Assembly: GCA_038207335.1 (NCBI GenBank)
Contig: JBBQZX010000018.1
Location: 49,691 to 113,690 of the forward strand
Source: Chthoniobacterales bacterium
Lineage (GTDB): Bacteria; Verrucomicrobiota; Verrucomicrobiia; Chthoniobacterales; Chthoniobacteraceae
DNA: 64,000 bases
Direction of reading: 5' to 3'
A model generated the notes under the pieces. The model searched no databases. It had not been told where the DNA came from and saw only the letters and a list, made by a program, of their open reading frames with translations. Below are positions 1 to 9,804 of this stretch, piece after piece; position 1 is the first letter of the stretch, and each line of letters begins with the position of its first letter. Both the position numbers and the translations under genes were made by a program.

Positions 1-1019
1 AACGGCTCCAGATGCGCCAGCTCGATCGGAAGCGAAAGCAGCGTCACAAAAAGTACCACTGCGAGCAGCAGCGGCGGCAGCCAGCGCAAACCGGCATCCA
101 GCCCGTGTGGCACGCCGATGCGCCAGCGCCGCGGCGCAATGCGATGGAGGATTTCCTGCGCCGCGCCATGCGGGCAAATCTGCTGGCAATAGAGCGCCTT
201 CCCGCTCACCCACGGCACCGCGAGCGCCGCTGCGAGCAGCAGCACGAGTCCCGGCGCAGTCCGCCACGGCACCCCCGATTCCGCCCAGCCCTCGAAGATC
301 GACTGCGACAGCAAATCCCCGCTCACGAACCCGACGTAACCGATCACCAGCGCCTGAAATCCGCGCCGCAGCCACGCCCGCCCATACGTCCCCGTGAACG
401 CCAACACGAGCCCCGCCGCAATCACCGCCGCGAGCCCCGAGTCGTGCCACCGCCAGCGGATCGGCGGTGGCCGCACCGCGAGCGCGGCGTCGGCGGATTG
501 CAGTCGCCGCATGATTCCCTCCGCCATCGCCATGCTCGTCATCGTCGCGCCGCTCACCCCCTCGATCCCCTCCTCTTCCGGCGTCCGCCGCGCGACTTCA
601 TCCCACGATTTTCCGTTCCACGTTTTGAGAAAAGTGCGGTCGTCACGCACGTCGCCGACATGCTCACGAGTGTCCTGGCTCGCATGAATCCGAACCCCCA
701 CCACGTGCAGCGCCGGATCGAACGCAACCAGCGAATCCGTCCACCCGCGATACCCCACGATTCCATCCGCAAACGGCGAAGTCCGCAGCACATAACCCAG
801 CTCGTTCCCGTCCGCATCGCGCACCCACATCCCCGCACGCTCACCCGCATCCGGGCTCAGTTCCGCTACCGTCGGATAAATCTCGCGCACTTCATCGAGA
901 GCAATCGGCGCGTGCCCCTCGATCCGCAGCCGCACTGCGTGAGCGCGGATGATCCACGCGATCGCGACGAGCACGGCGAGCCGGTAGATTTGGAGAAAAG
1001 CATGCCGACTCGAAAACAT
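1..1019 (-). CDS. FMN-binding domain / 4Fe-4S-binding membrane protein (NosR/NirI-like), runs off the window start
   Basis: Not in the ORF track (stop lies outside the window). Hand translation from ATG at 1019: MFSSRHAFLQIYRLAVLV...GYRGWTDSLVAFD...IEGVSGATMTS (flavinylation-type SGAT), TM helices, then LYCQQICPHGAAQE (CxxxCP). Confidence 0.85.
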   Translation of the reverse strand, partial: MFSSRHAFLQIYRLAVLVAIAWIIRAHAVRLRIEGHAPIALDEVREIYPTVAELSPDAGERAGMWVRDADGNELGYVLRTSPFADGIVGYRGWTDSLVAFDPALHVVGVRIHASQDTREHVGDVRDDRTFLKTWNGKSWDEVARRTPEEEGIEGVSGATMTSMAMAEGIMRRLQSADAALAVRPPPIRWRWHDSGLAAVIAAGLVLAFTGTYGRAWLRRGFQALVIGYVGFVSGDLLSQSIFEGWAESGVPWRTAPGLVLLLAAALAVPWVSGKALYCQQICPHGAAQEILHRIAPRRWRIGVPHGLDAGLRWLPPLLLAVVLFVTLLSLPIELAHLEP

Positions 1020-1052
1020 CGCAAGACGGGATTTTGAGCCGCCTCGCTCGCC

Positions 1053-3341
1053 TCACGGCACCGGCAAAAGCTGCACGACATCCGCGTGGACATTTCCATC
1101 CGCAGGCGCTCCACCGAGCATCACGACCGCAGGCTTCGCCGGGTCGAAATGGAACACGCCGAGCGAATTGAACCCGCCCGGAAGCGCCGAGGCTACGCGC
1201 TGATTCACCGTCAATTTCTTCACCCCATCCGCGCTCTCGATCGTCACCGGCGCATTCGTTGCGCGGTTCTCATGGACGCCCGGACTGAGCCGCACATCAT
1301 ACTTGCCCGCTTTCGCGATCTTGAATTCGTACCGCGCCGCGCCGTCGTCATTCGCGCTGCGATAGCGGTATCCATTTCCAAAATATCCTGGCAGCCCGCT
1401 GCCCTCCGTCCATTTTCCCGTCAGCTTCGCCTGCGAATCGTCGAGCGCGAGCCCCGGCAGCGCGGCGACCGGCAAACCCGGCACGCCAACGAGCTTCACC
1501 GGCTGCACCGGCGGCGGCTTGAAGCCCGCCGGCAGATGAATCGGCGCATCCACCGTTTCGCGCCGCGCGACGCCATTCAGCGCGAGCATCTCCTTCAGTT
1601 CGGGAAAGTAGCGCTCATAAATTTCGCGAGGCGTGCATTGATGCTTCACGCACAACGACGCCGCCTTTCCCACGACCTCGCCGATCATCCCGCCAGTCTT
1701 CATCACGCGCACTGTGCCGAGCGCCTCATGCGTCACGCTGATGTCGCGCCCGGCCATGAAAAGGTTGTCGATATTCCGCGAATACATGCAGCGATACGGC
1801 ACCGGATACCCGTGCTCGCGATCGACTTTTTTGTCGAAAATCGCCTTCGAGATGAACGGGTTTTCCGGGAATTTTTTCGCGTATTGCTCTTTCGGATAAT
1901 GCAGATCGATGTCCCAAGTCGTCGGCACCGTGCCGTCGGGAAATGGCCGCTTTTCCGCGATGTCCTCGCGCGTCAGCAGGACATCGCCGAGAAGTTGCCG
2001 CGACTCGCGCGTGCCGCCGATGTAGGCGATCCATTCGAGCCGCGCATTCGCGTGCTCCGCCTTGCCGCCCTTGTTTTTCATCGCGTCGAATGCGCCGAAA
2101 ATCGCGCGTAGATTCCAGTCGCGCGTCTCCTCCAGCCCGGTGATCGGATTCACATTGAAGCCGCCCTCCCAAAACCATTCCGCGTGTCCGCGGCGCGGAT
2201 ACGGAAAGTCATCCATCTCGAGATTCAGCGCCCACGGCACCGACGGAAAAGTCTGCGACGTCTCGGCCGTGTCCCATCGCCACATATTGCTCATGCCGAG
2301 ATGCTCCGTCTCGCGCACCGTGAGTTGCGCGCCCGCGAGTGCGCCCACCGTGCCGTGCCCCGTGCAATCGACAAAAAGCCGCCCGGAAAATTTGCGCCGC
2401 GCGCTCGTCCGCGTGTCGAGCGAAGTGACCGACGCGACGCGCTTCGGGTCCGCCATTTCCACCTCGACGACGTGGTTGTTCAGGAAAAGTGAGATGTTCT
2501 TTTCAGCCCGCACCAGCGCCTCTTTTTTGTCGTCGCCGAACTCCTCAAACGTCCCCGGAGACGCCTTCGCCTGATCCATGAATTCCTCCACGATCTCGCC
2601 GAGATTCGGGTAAAGCCCGCGCCGAATCCCGCCCATCGCCCACACCCGAATTTCGCTCGACCCATTTCCGCCGAGCACCGGTCGATCCTGCACCAGAGCC
2701 ACCTTGCAGCCCATGCGTGCCGCCGAGAGCGCCGACCCCATGCCCGCGTAGCCGCCGCCGACAACCACCAAATCATACGTCCCGGCATCCGCCGGTTTCT
2801 CCGGCAAGCCGAGCGTCGCGAGCCGCCATTTCGCGAGCGCCGCCGCGTCGTTCGGCGGCGTGGCGGACGGATCTTTCGTGAAAAAGATCGCGTCGCAGCG
2901 TCCGTTGAATCCCGTCAGATCATGCAGCGCCAGCGTCGTCGTCGACTGCGCGATTTCCACCGTCCCACCATTCTGCCATGCCCACTCCGCGCCATTCGTT
3001 CCGAACGTTTCCGGCAGCGCCTTGCCATCCACCACGATCTGAAATTTCCCCGGCGCGCCCGGAGCTTTCCACTGCGCGACCCAATCCTTCGTTCGCACAA
3101 AGACGCGATATTTCCCCGCGCCCGGAAATGTAACCGTAGTGGTTGCATCTTTCACCGGCGCGCCCATCCCGTGCGCCATGAGATACGGCGAGCCCATGAT
3201 CTCGATGAACTGCGTGTCGAGCACCCAGCCACCGGGATTTTCAAAACTCTCCGCCTCGACCAAAAGCTGGTCCGCCGCCATCGCGCGCGCGACCGCGAAT
3301 ACCACCGCCGCCGCTGCGGCCAAATACGTGGGAAGCCGCAT
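1053..3341 (-). CDS. Secreted FAD-dependent oxidoreductase with N- and C-terminal beta-sandwich (CBM/golvesin-like) domains
   Basis: Signal peptide; DLVVVGGGYAG Rossmann motif, LGGNGSSE, FVDCTGHG, RESRQL, NLFMAGRDIS. Confidence 0.88.
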   Translation of the reverse strand: MRLPTYLAAAAAVVFAVARAMAADQLLVEAESFENPGGWVLDTQFIEIMGSPYLMAHGMGAPVKDATTTVTFPGAGKYRVFVRTKDWVAQWKAPGAPGKFQIVVDGKALPETFGTNGAEWAWQNGGTVEIAQSTTTLALHDLTGFNGRCDAIFFTKDPSATPPNDAAALAKWRLATLGLPEKPADAGTYDLVVVGGGYAGMGSALSAARMGCKVALVQDRPVLGGNGSSEIRVWAMGGIRRGLYPNLGEIVEEFMDQAKASPGTFEEFGDDKKEALVRAEKNISLFLNNHVVEVEMADPKRVASVTSLDTRTSARRKFSGRLFVDCTGHGTVGALAGAQLTVRETEHLGMSNMWRWDTAETSQTFPSVPWALNLEMDDFPYPRRGHAEWFWEGGFNVNPITGLEETRDWNLRAIFGAFDAMKNKGGKAEHANARLEWIAYIGGTRESRQLLGDVLLTREDIAEKRPFPDGTVPTTWDIDLHYPKEQYAKKFPENPFISKAIFDKKVDREHGYPVPYRCMYSRNIDNLFMAGRDISVTHEALGTVRVMKTGGMIGEVVGKAASLCVKHQCTPREIYERYFPELKEMLALNGVARRETVDAPIHLPAGFKPPPVQPVKLVGVPGLPVAALPGLALDDSQAKLTGKWTEGSGLPGYFGNGYRYRSANDDGAARYEFKIAKAGKYDVRLSPGVHENRATNAPVTIESADGVKKLTVNQRVASALPGGFNSLGVFHFDPAKPAVVMLGGAPADGNVHADVVQLLPVP

Positions 3342-3347
3342 GGTCGC

Positions 3348-3782
3348 TTACTTCACGACCGGCTTGCCCGCTTCCTTCCACGCCCTGAAGCCGCCATTCA
3401 TGTGCAGGATCGACGGCACTTTCAACGCCTCAACTTTCGGCAAAACCTGCCCGCTGCGCCCCCCCGCCGCGCAATGCAAAACGATCGGCTGCGTGGGATC
3501 GAGCGCCGCGATCTTCTCGTCGAAATCGGGATCGACCGAGCTGATGTTTTTCGCCCCCTCGATGTGCCCATCCGCAAATTCTCGAGGAGTCCGCACATCC
3601 AAAATCGTAACCTTCGGATTGCTCGCGATGAGCTTCGCCACGTCATCCGGCGTCCCATTCGAGACGCGCGGTGCAGGAGCCTGCGGCGCTCTAGCCTTCA
3701 CTGGCTCAGTCTTTTCCGTCGGTGCGGCAAAAAGCGGGGATGCAATAAGTGCGAGAGCGATGAGGAGCGGTGAAGTTTTCAT
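3348..3782 (-). CDS. Rhodanese-like domain protein, exported
   Basis: ILDVRTPREFADGHIEGA and LHCAAGGRS active loop; signal peptide from ATG at 3782. Confidence 0.9.
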   Translation of the reverse strand: MKTSPLLIALALIASPLFAAPTEKTEPVKARAPQAPAPRVSNGTPDDVAKLIASNPKVTILDVRTPREFADGHIEGAKNISSVDPDFDEKIAALDPTQPIVLHCAAGGRSGQVLPKVEALKVPSILHMNGGFRAWKEAGKPVVK

Positions 3783-3924
3783 GGGAAGCTGATTCAAGCG
3801 AGTTGCGACAGCCGCGCAAGCGGGCTGTTAACATCGCAGATTTCCCACCTCCTAGAATGCCGGAAAGGACGCTGACCAAATTCGTGTTGAAAGTCGCAAG
3901 CGTCGGAGTATCCATCGCAGACAA

Positions 3925-4785
3925 ATGCGGTATTCCCCTTTGTTCATTTCCGCCGTCGCCTCTCTAGCTCTGTTGAGTGCATCACATGCCGCGAGCGTCA
4001 CTCTTGCCGGTTCCATCACCGGCCTTCCCGGAGCCAACAACGACCAGATCGACGGCTGGCGCTCTACCAACTTTCTCAAGAACTTCGACCCCGACGGCGA
4101 CAACATCTACGGCACCGCTGGTTACGTCCTCTACGGCACCGACGCGGCAGTCAACAGCACCGCCGGCAGCGTCCAGACCGCCGACCCCCTCACCTTCAAT
4201 AACGGAGTCATCCGCACCCTCAACTCCGTCCCCGGTTACCTCACCCTCGCCAACAGTCTCAACGGCCAGAACCAGCTCGCCAGTAGCTACGGGTACAAAC
4301 TGTTCGACGACCCTACCCAGCCCACCGGCCCCACCGTCTCCGACGTCGAGAGCGGAGCCGCCCTGCGCGGAGGCGTTGCCCTTGGCACCGAGTCCCCTCT
4401 CCTGAACATCACCATTGGCACCGGCTTCCCCACCGCCGGGCTCCGCATCGGCCTCATCTACGACAACACCGACAACTACGCGGGCTACTTCCGACTCACG
4501 CAGACCACCGGCGGCGGCGCCACCAGCACCTTCACCTTCGGCGTCGTCCCCGCCGGACAGGAGCTCGGGCTCGCCTTTTTCGACCTCAGCGGCGTCGTGC
4601 AGGGCGACGTTTTCACTCTCTACGGCGCAAAGGATGGCCCTACCCAGCCCACAGGCGGCAACTCCAACACCAACGTCATCTACGGCGGCCTCAGCTTCGA
4701 CGTCGTCCCCGAGCCCACCAGCGCCGGCCTTCTCCTCCTCGGCGGTGCGCTCATCGGCATGAAGCGTCGGCAGCGCCTACTCTGA
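3925..4785 (+). CDS. PEP-CTERM sorting domain protein
   Basis: Signal peptide; C-terminal VPEPTSAGLLLLGGALIGMKRRQR. Confidence 0.93.
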   Translation: MRYSPLFISAVASLALLSASHAASVTLAGSITGLPGANNDQIDGWRSTNFLKNFDPDGDNIYGTAGYVLYGTDAAVNSTAGSVQTADPLTFNNGVIRTLNSVPGYLTLANSLNGQNQLASSYGYKLFDDPTQPTGPTVSDVESGAALRGGVALGTESPLLNITIGTGFPTAGLRIGLIYDNTDNYAGYFRLTQTTGGGATSTFTFGVVPAGQELGLAFFDLSGVVQGDVFTLYGAKDGPTQPTGGNSNTNVIYGGLSFDVVPEPTSAGLLLLGGALIGMKRRQRLL

Positions 4786-4921
4786 GATCGGAAATTTTGG
4801 GCGCTGGGGTCGGTGAACGAATCACGCGCAGCGATGAGGTTGCATCGCGCGCGACTTCTCCGCTAATGGTTCGCGCTCGCGCAGGTTCTCCTGCCTGCCC
4901 AAACTCCCACACATCACACAC

Positions 4922-5695
4922 ATGAAACTGCTCTCGTCACTCCTCGTCCTCGCCACGCTCGGCACCGCCGCCGCTCACGCCGCGGACGCTCCCGTCCTCA
5001 ATGTCCCCGACCTCCCCGCGCGCAACAGCGCTGCGGGTGAGCACAAAATTTTCAACGGCAAAGACCTCGAAGGCTGGTCTGGAAACCCAGAGCTCTGGTC
5101 GGTGGAAAACGGCGCGATCACTGGTAAGACGACCGCCGAGCATCCGACCAAACATAACACCTTCCTCGTCTATACCGACGGCGAAGTCGGTGACTTCGAA
5201 CTCACTTTCAAATATAAGATCGTCCCCGGCGACGACAAAGGCTTTGGCAACTCCGGCGTGCAATATCGCAGCAAAGTCCTGCAACCCGGCGAGAGCGGCC
5301 CGATCATCGGAGGCTATCAGGCGGACTTCGAGTGCGGGAAAACTTACTCCGGCATCCTGTATGAAGAGAAAATGCGCGGCATCCTCGCCAAGCGCGGCGA
5401 GAAAACGGTGATCAAGTCAGACCCCGCGGATCCGAAAAAACCGATCATCGAAGTCGTCGGCAAAGTCGGCGACAGCGACGAGATTCAGAAGAGCATCAAC
5501 AAGGACGATTGGAACGACTACAAGATCATCGCGAAGGGCAACCACCTTCAGCATTTCATTAACGGAATGCAGACGATCGACGTGACCGACGAGACGCCCG
5601 AAGGCGCGAAAACGGGCGTGCTCGCGCTGCAACTCCACGCCGGCGCACCGATGACGGTGCAGTTCGCCGACATGGTCTTGAAGACGCTGAAATAG
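4922..5695 (+). CDS. DUF1080 (3-keto-disaccharide hydrolase family) protein
   Basis: IFNGKDLEGW, GNSGVQYRS, GYQAD, WNDYKI, LALQLH motifs; signal peptide. Confidence 0.9.
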   Translation: MKLLSSLLVLATLGTAAAHAADAPVLNVPDLPARNSAAGEHKIFNGKDLEGWSGNPELWSVENGAITGKTTAEHPTKHNTFLVYTDGEVGDFELTFKYKIVPGDDKGFGNSGVQYRSKVLQPGESGPIIGGYQADFECGKTYSGILYEEKMRGILAKRGEKTVIKSDPADPKKPIIEVVGKVGDSDEIQKSINKDDWNDYKIIAKGNHLQHFINGMQTIDVTDETPEGAKTGVLALQLHAGAPMTVQFADMVLKTLK

Positions 5696-5741
5696 CCGGC
5701 GCCGGTGGCGGGAATCGCCAACCGGCACCGACTCAAAATTT

Positions 5742-5775
5742 AAAACGCCGCCCACTCTCAGGGCGGCGTTTTTTT
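5742..5775. terminator. Intrinsic terminator, probably bidirectional
   Basis: aaaacgccgccc-actctca-gggcggcgtttt followed by T-run, between convergent genes. Confidence 0.85.
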
Positions 5776-5864
5776 GTTTGGGTGGATCGGAGCCGGAGCG
5801 GCTGCGCGAATCCGCGCCTCCTTTAACCGCTCGCCGGGATCGTTGATCAGCTACAGCGCTCGGG

Positions 5865-7124
5865 TCACCGCGGCGCGAGAGTGTCGAGTTTGCGTTTCCA
5901 TTCCTGCGCGGTTTTCCGCTGACCGCTCGCGGCGTAGAAATGAAGCAGCCGTTTGGAAATCGCCGCGAGGCGTTGCTTGTCAGGCTCCGCGGCAGGCGCC
6001 CCCAGCGGTTCGATGATGTCGCCCACGGCTTTAAACTCAGCCCCCGCCTCCGCGTCTTTGTTTTTTTGAAAGAGGGCTACTCCCAGAATGCTGTGCGCAT
6101 CTGCGGCAGGCCAGCCGGCGATGTCTTGCGCGGCGAGGATTTCGAGCCATTCACGCGCGGCGATTTCCGCTTCGGCATATTTTCTTTTTTCCAGATTTTC
6201 CGTCGCCACTGCCGCCGCGCGATCCGCTGCGGACTCGGCATTTGTCGGCGGTGCCACTGGTGCCACTGGTGCCACTGGTGCCGTTGAGACGACCGGACGA
6301 ACCGGCGACGCAGTCACTTGAGCCGCGGAAGGCGAACGCTGCTCCTCGAGTTCGGCGCGCAGTTTGTCGGACTCCGCACGTGCGGCGAGCGCCTGCTGCG
6401 AGTGCGCGCTGGCCTGCGCGCGCAACTCCGCGGACTCCGCACGCAAGCCCTCGGAATCTTTCCTAAACCGCTCTGAATCCGCGCGCGCCGACTCGAGTTG
6501 CTGGCTCTGCATCGCCGCAGTCTGCTCGCCGCGCACCGCGATTTCATCGCGTGATCGCTCCGCCGCTGCGCTCGCGGCGCGCGCCTGCTCGGCGACATTT
6601 TCGGCACGCTGGCGCGCTTCTTTTTCCTGAAAAGTGATGACCGCAAGCGCGCCGACCACCGCCGCCAAAACCGTGGCCGTGATCCACGGAAAAGTATTCG
6701 AGCGAAACGGCGCGGTCGCAGTCGCGAGCTGCCGAGCGGACATCGGCACGAGCGCCACCGCCGACGGATGCGCGCCTCCCTGCGGCTCGGCAACGCGTAC
6801 GAGATCGGTGCTCGTCGGCGCACCTTTTTTCTCATCGCCGTCGGCTGGAACTGGCGCGGATTTCCAGACCGGCGGCACGGCACGCAGCTTCAGATTTGGC
6901 GCAGATGCAGCATCCGAGGGAGAGGCTGCGACCCTCTCGGCGACGCGTTTTTCCATCCGCTCGCGGAACTCTCCCTCCGCACCGCAAGTCGCATCGAGAT
7001 ACGCCGCGCGCTCCGCCGGATCTGCAAGCCCGGCAGCCACCGCGCAGATCGAATCGTTGCGCGCTTCATCGGGCGAGGCGGGCTCCGGTGGATGATCGAA
7101 TGGGCGTGGAGTGAACGGTGTCAT
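5865..7124 (-). CDS. Membrane-anchored coiled-coil/TPR protein resembling a TPR Ser/Thr kinase without its kinase domain
   Basis: N-terminal DPAERAAYLDATCG segment, one TM (WITATVLAAVVGALAVITF), coiled coil, TPR-like C-terminus ending RLLHFYAASGQRKTAQEWKRKL; no kinase motifs. Confidence 0.7.
   Translation of the reverse strand: MTPFTPRPFDHPPEPASPDEARNDSICAVAAGLADPAERAAYLDATCGAEGEFRERMEKRVAERVAASPSDAASAPNLKLRAVPPVWKSAPVPADGDEKKGAPTSTDLVRVAEPQGGAHPSAVALVPMSARQLATATAPFRSNTFPWITATVLAAVVGALAVITFQEKEARQRAENVAEQARAASAAAERSRDEIAVRGEQTAAMQSQQLESARADSERFRKDSEGLRAESAELRAQASAHSQQALAARAESDKLRAELEEQRSPSAAQVTASPVRPVVSTAPVAPVAPVAPPTNAESAADRAAAVATENLEKRKYAEAEIAAREWLEILAAQDIAGWPAADAHSILGVALFQKNKDAEAGAEFKAVGDIIEPLGAPAAEPDKQRLAAISKRLLHFYAASGQRKTAQEWKRKLDTLAPR
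6250..6282. repeat. 9-bp tandem repeat (ggtgccact x3.7), encodes (APV)n linker
   Basis: Read directly in the sequence. Confidence 0.9.
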
Positions 7125-7320
7125 CGCATGAAAAAGTCAGCGAGCGAGATAGCGCACGCCGCATGGTCTTGGCGAGATCGGCGTTCGTCTCGCGACCTCC
7201 CGCTTCTCCGCAAATCCCCGCCACACCTAAGTCCGCAGCGGCTTCGCGAATTAAGAATGCCGTCGCCAATCCCGGCGGAGCGCCGATAGATTGAGCGCTC
7301 ACATTCAGTCCCACTAATCC

Positions 7321-8673
7321 ATGAACAACCCCACAAACATCATCACTCCCGACTCGCTCTCGCGCCGCACTTTCCTCAAGCGCGGCTCCGCGGGCGTCGC
7401 CGGTGCCGCACTTCTCGGCGCCATCTCGCCCGAGCGTTTCGCTTTTGGCGCAGCCTCAAATGACACGCTGAAAATCGCACTCGTCGGCTGCGGCGGACGC
7501 GGCTCAGGCGCTGCGAATCAAGCGCTCAGCACCTACGGCCTCGGCCCGGTCAAACTCGTCGCAATGGCCGACGTCCACGAAGACCGCCTCAAGAGCTCGC
7601 TCGACAACCTGAAAAAGACGCACGCCGACCGCGTCGATGTCCCGCCGGAGAATCAATTCCTCGGCTTCGACGCATTCAAAAAAGCGATCGCACTGTGCGA
7701 TGTCGCCATCCTCGCCACGCCTCCCGGGTTTCGCCCGATGATGTTCGAAGAGGCCGTGAAGCAGGGCAAAAACATCTTCATGGAGAAGCCCGTCGCCACC
7801 GATGCCGCGGGCGTGCGCAAAGTGCTCGCCGCCGCTGAGGAAGCGAAAAAGAAAAACCTCAAAGTCGGCGTCGGCCTCCAGCGGCACCACCAGGACGGAT
7901 ACCTCGAGACCGTCAAGCGCCTGCAAGACGGCCAGATCGGCGACATCGTCTCCATGAGCTGCTACTGGAATGGCCAGCGCCCGTGGCAGAAAAAGCGCGT
8001 CGATCTCGAGAAGCAATACGGCCGCAAGCTCACCGAAATGGAATACCAACTGCGCAACTGGTACTACTTCACCTGGATCGGCGGCGACCACATCGTCGAG
8101 CAGCACATCCACAATATCGACGTCATCAACTGGGTGAAAAACGCGCACCCGGTGAAGGCCCGTTGCATGGGCGGGCGCGAGATCAATCTCGGCGGCACGG
8201 ATGACGGCGTGATCTTCGACCACTTCGCCACCGAGTTCGATTTCGCGGACGGATCGACCGCTTACAGCTACTGCCGGCACCAGCCCGGCTGCTGGAATAG
8301 CGTCAGCGAGCACGTCGTCGGCACGAAAGGAAAGTGCGACGTGAGCGGCCACAAAATCACCGGTGGCGACCAGTGGCGCTTCAAGAAAGAGGGCGCGAAA
8401 GACCCGTATCAGCAGGAGCACGACGACCTCTTCACCGCGATCCGCAACAACCAGGAATATAGCGAAGCGGTGCGCGGCGCGGAGAGCACGATGACCGCGA
8501 TATTCGGCCGCATGGCCGGCTACTCGGGCAAGGAACTCGACTGGGACGCGGCGATCGGCTCGAAGATCGAGCTGCTCCCGAAAAACCTCGCTTGGGACGC
8601 CGAGGCACCGGTCAATCCGGGTCTGGACGGCTACTACCCGCGGGCGATCCCGGGGAAGACCGAAGTCATCTAA
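7321..8673 (+). CDS. Tat-exported Gfo/Idh/MocA family oxidoreductase
   Basis: SRRTFLK Tat motif, ALVGCGGRG, FMEKPVA, IVEQHIHNID. Confidence 0.92.
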   Translation: MNNPTNIITPDSLSRRTFLKRGSAGVAGAALLGAISPERFAFGAASNDTLKIALVGCGGRGSGAANQALSTYGLGPVKLVAMADVHEDRLKSSLDNLKKTHADRVDVPPENQFLGFDAFKKAIALCDVAILATPPGFRPMMFEEAVKQGKNIFMEKPVATDAAGVRKVLAAAEEAKKKNLKVGVGLQRHHQDGYLETVKRLQDGQIGDIVSMSCYWNGQRPWQKKRVDLEKQYGRKLTEMEYQLRNWYYFTWIGGDHIVEQHIHNIDVINWVKNAHPVKARCMGGREINLGGTDDGVIFDHFATEFDFADGSTAYSYCRHQPGCWNSVSEHVVGTKGKCDVSGHKITGGDQWRFKKEGAKDPYQQEHDDLFTAIRNNQEYSEAVRGAESTMTAIFGRMAGYSGKELDWDAAIGSKIELLPKNLAWDAEAPVNPGLDGYYPRAIPGKTEVI

Positions 8674-8695
8674 TCAGCCAGCACGCTTGATTCCC

Positions 8696-8738
8696 AGCGC
8701 CCCGCGTTTCCTAAAAGCAGGAACGCGGGGCGCTTTTT
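8696..8738 (+). terminator. Intrinsic terminator
   Basis: agcgccccgcgtt...aacgcggggcgct followed by ttttt. Confidence 0.85.
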
Positions 8739-8802
8739 GCGTGGGAGCCGCGCTTTCTCGAGAAGCGCGCTCCTCCAAAAAAGTCACCGCGCGGCGCGGA
8801 GT

Positions 8803-9804
8803 TCACCGCTGCACGGGCCACCGCGATGATAGGACAAATTCCACCTTCTCTTCGGGCTTCCGCGCGAGGTGCGCAGCTGTGTCCAGCGTCGCTTCGATCA
8901 GCGCGAGTCCGCGCTGGGGGCCAAGCACGCTCACAGCAGTCGCGAGGCTGTCCGCTGTCGTGCAGTTCGGAGCGAGGATCGTGACGAGGCCGTGATCTGT
9001 GAGCCCGAGTCCGGTGTGCGGATCGACGATGTGCGAGTATCGGACGCCACCGATTTCCACTCGCTGGAAGACATCGCCGCTCGTCGCAATCGCGCTGTTT
9101 CTTAAGAACACGATCTCCGGCGGCGGCGCGCCGGGGATATCGAGCGGCGCGACTTCGATCCGCCATCCCGGCTGGCCCGGGGGCGCGTCGCCCGCCGCCA
9201 TGTCGCCGCTGCCGCCAACCAGCGCGCGCGTGATCCCGCGCTTTCGCAGCACTGCAAGCGCTTCATCGACCGCGAAGCCTTTTGCAATCCCACCGACATC
9301 GAGCCGCATTTCCGGCACGAGCAGTTCTGCCGTGTGCGCTTTCTCATCGAGCCGCAGATTTTTGAAACCGACCCGCGCCCGCATCTCCGCGAGAGTTTCG
9401 GCAGCGGGCAATTCTTTCGTCCGACGCGCGCGGCGCCAAAGATTCACGAACGGCCCAACCGTGATGTCGAACGCCCCATCCGTCCGCGCTGCGAGCGCCT
9501 GCGAGCGTTCCAGCACGCGCCACAAATCCGTGCTCACCGGCACCGCTTTCCCCTGTCCTGCCGTGCGTGAAAGTCGGCTCAATTCGCTGTCGCTGTCGTA
9601 GTCGCTCAGCACCGCGTTCAACTCCGCGATCCGCTCAAATGCAGAAACCGCAGCCGATCGCGCGCTCTTCTCATCCTCCGCGAACAGCGTGACGCGGAAC
9701 GGCAGCCCCATCTCCGCCTTCTCAAAAACAAACCGCTCCTCCGCTTCCGCGCGCCATACGCAGAACAGCGCGCTGACGACCGCAAACACGCGCAACACGC
9801 TCAC
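8803..9804 (-). CDS. apbE: FAD:protein FMN transferase (ApbE family)
   Basis: EMG..F, LSDYDSDSELSRL, TDGAFDITVGP, LDVGGIAKGFAVD, ATSGD, YSHIVDPHTG, ADSLATA. Likely GTG start at 9804 overlaps the upstream stop (GTGA). Confidence 0.9.
   Translation of the reverse strand: MSVLRVFAVVSALFCVWRAEAEERFVFEKAEMGLPFRVTLFAEDEKSARSAAVSAFERIAELNAVLSDYDSDSELSRLSRTAGQGKAVPVSTDLWRVLERSQALAARTDGAFDITVGPFVNLWRRARRTKELPAAETLAEMRARVGFKNLRLDEKAHTAELLVPEMRLDVGGIAKGFAVDEALAVLRKRGITRALVGGSGDMAAGDAPPGQPGWRIEVAPLDIPGAPPPEIVFLRNSAIATSGDVFQRVEIGGVRYSHIVDPHTGLGLTDHGLVTILAPNCTTADSLATAVSVLGPQRGLALIEATLDTAAHLARKPEEKVEFVLSSRWPVQR

Noticed and set aside
12..1037. 341-aa plus-strand ORF
   Set aside because: Arg/His/Pro-rich antisense shadow of the real minus-strand FMN-binding gene.
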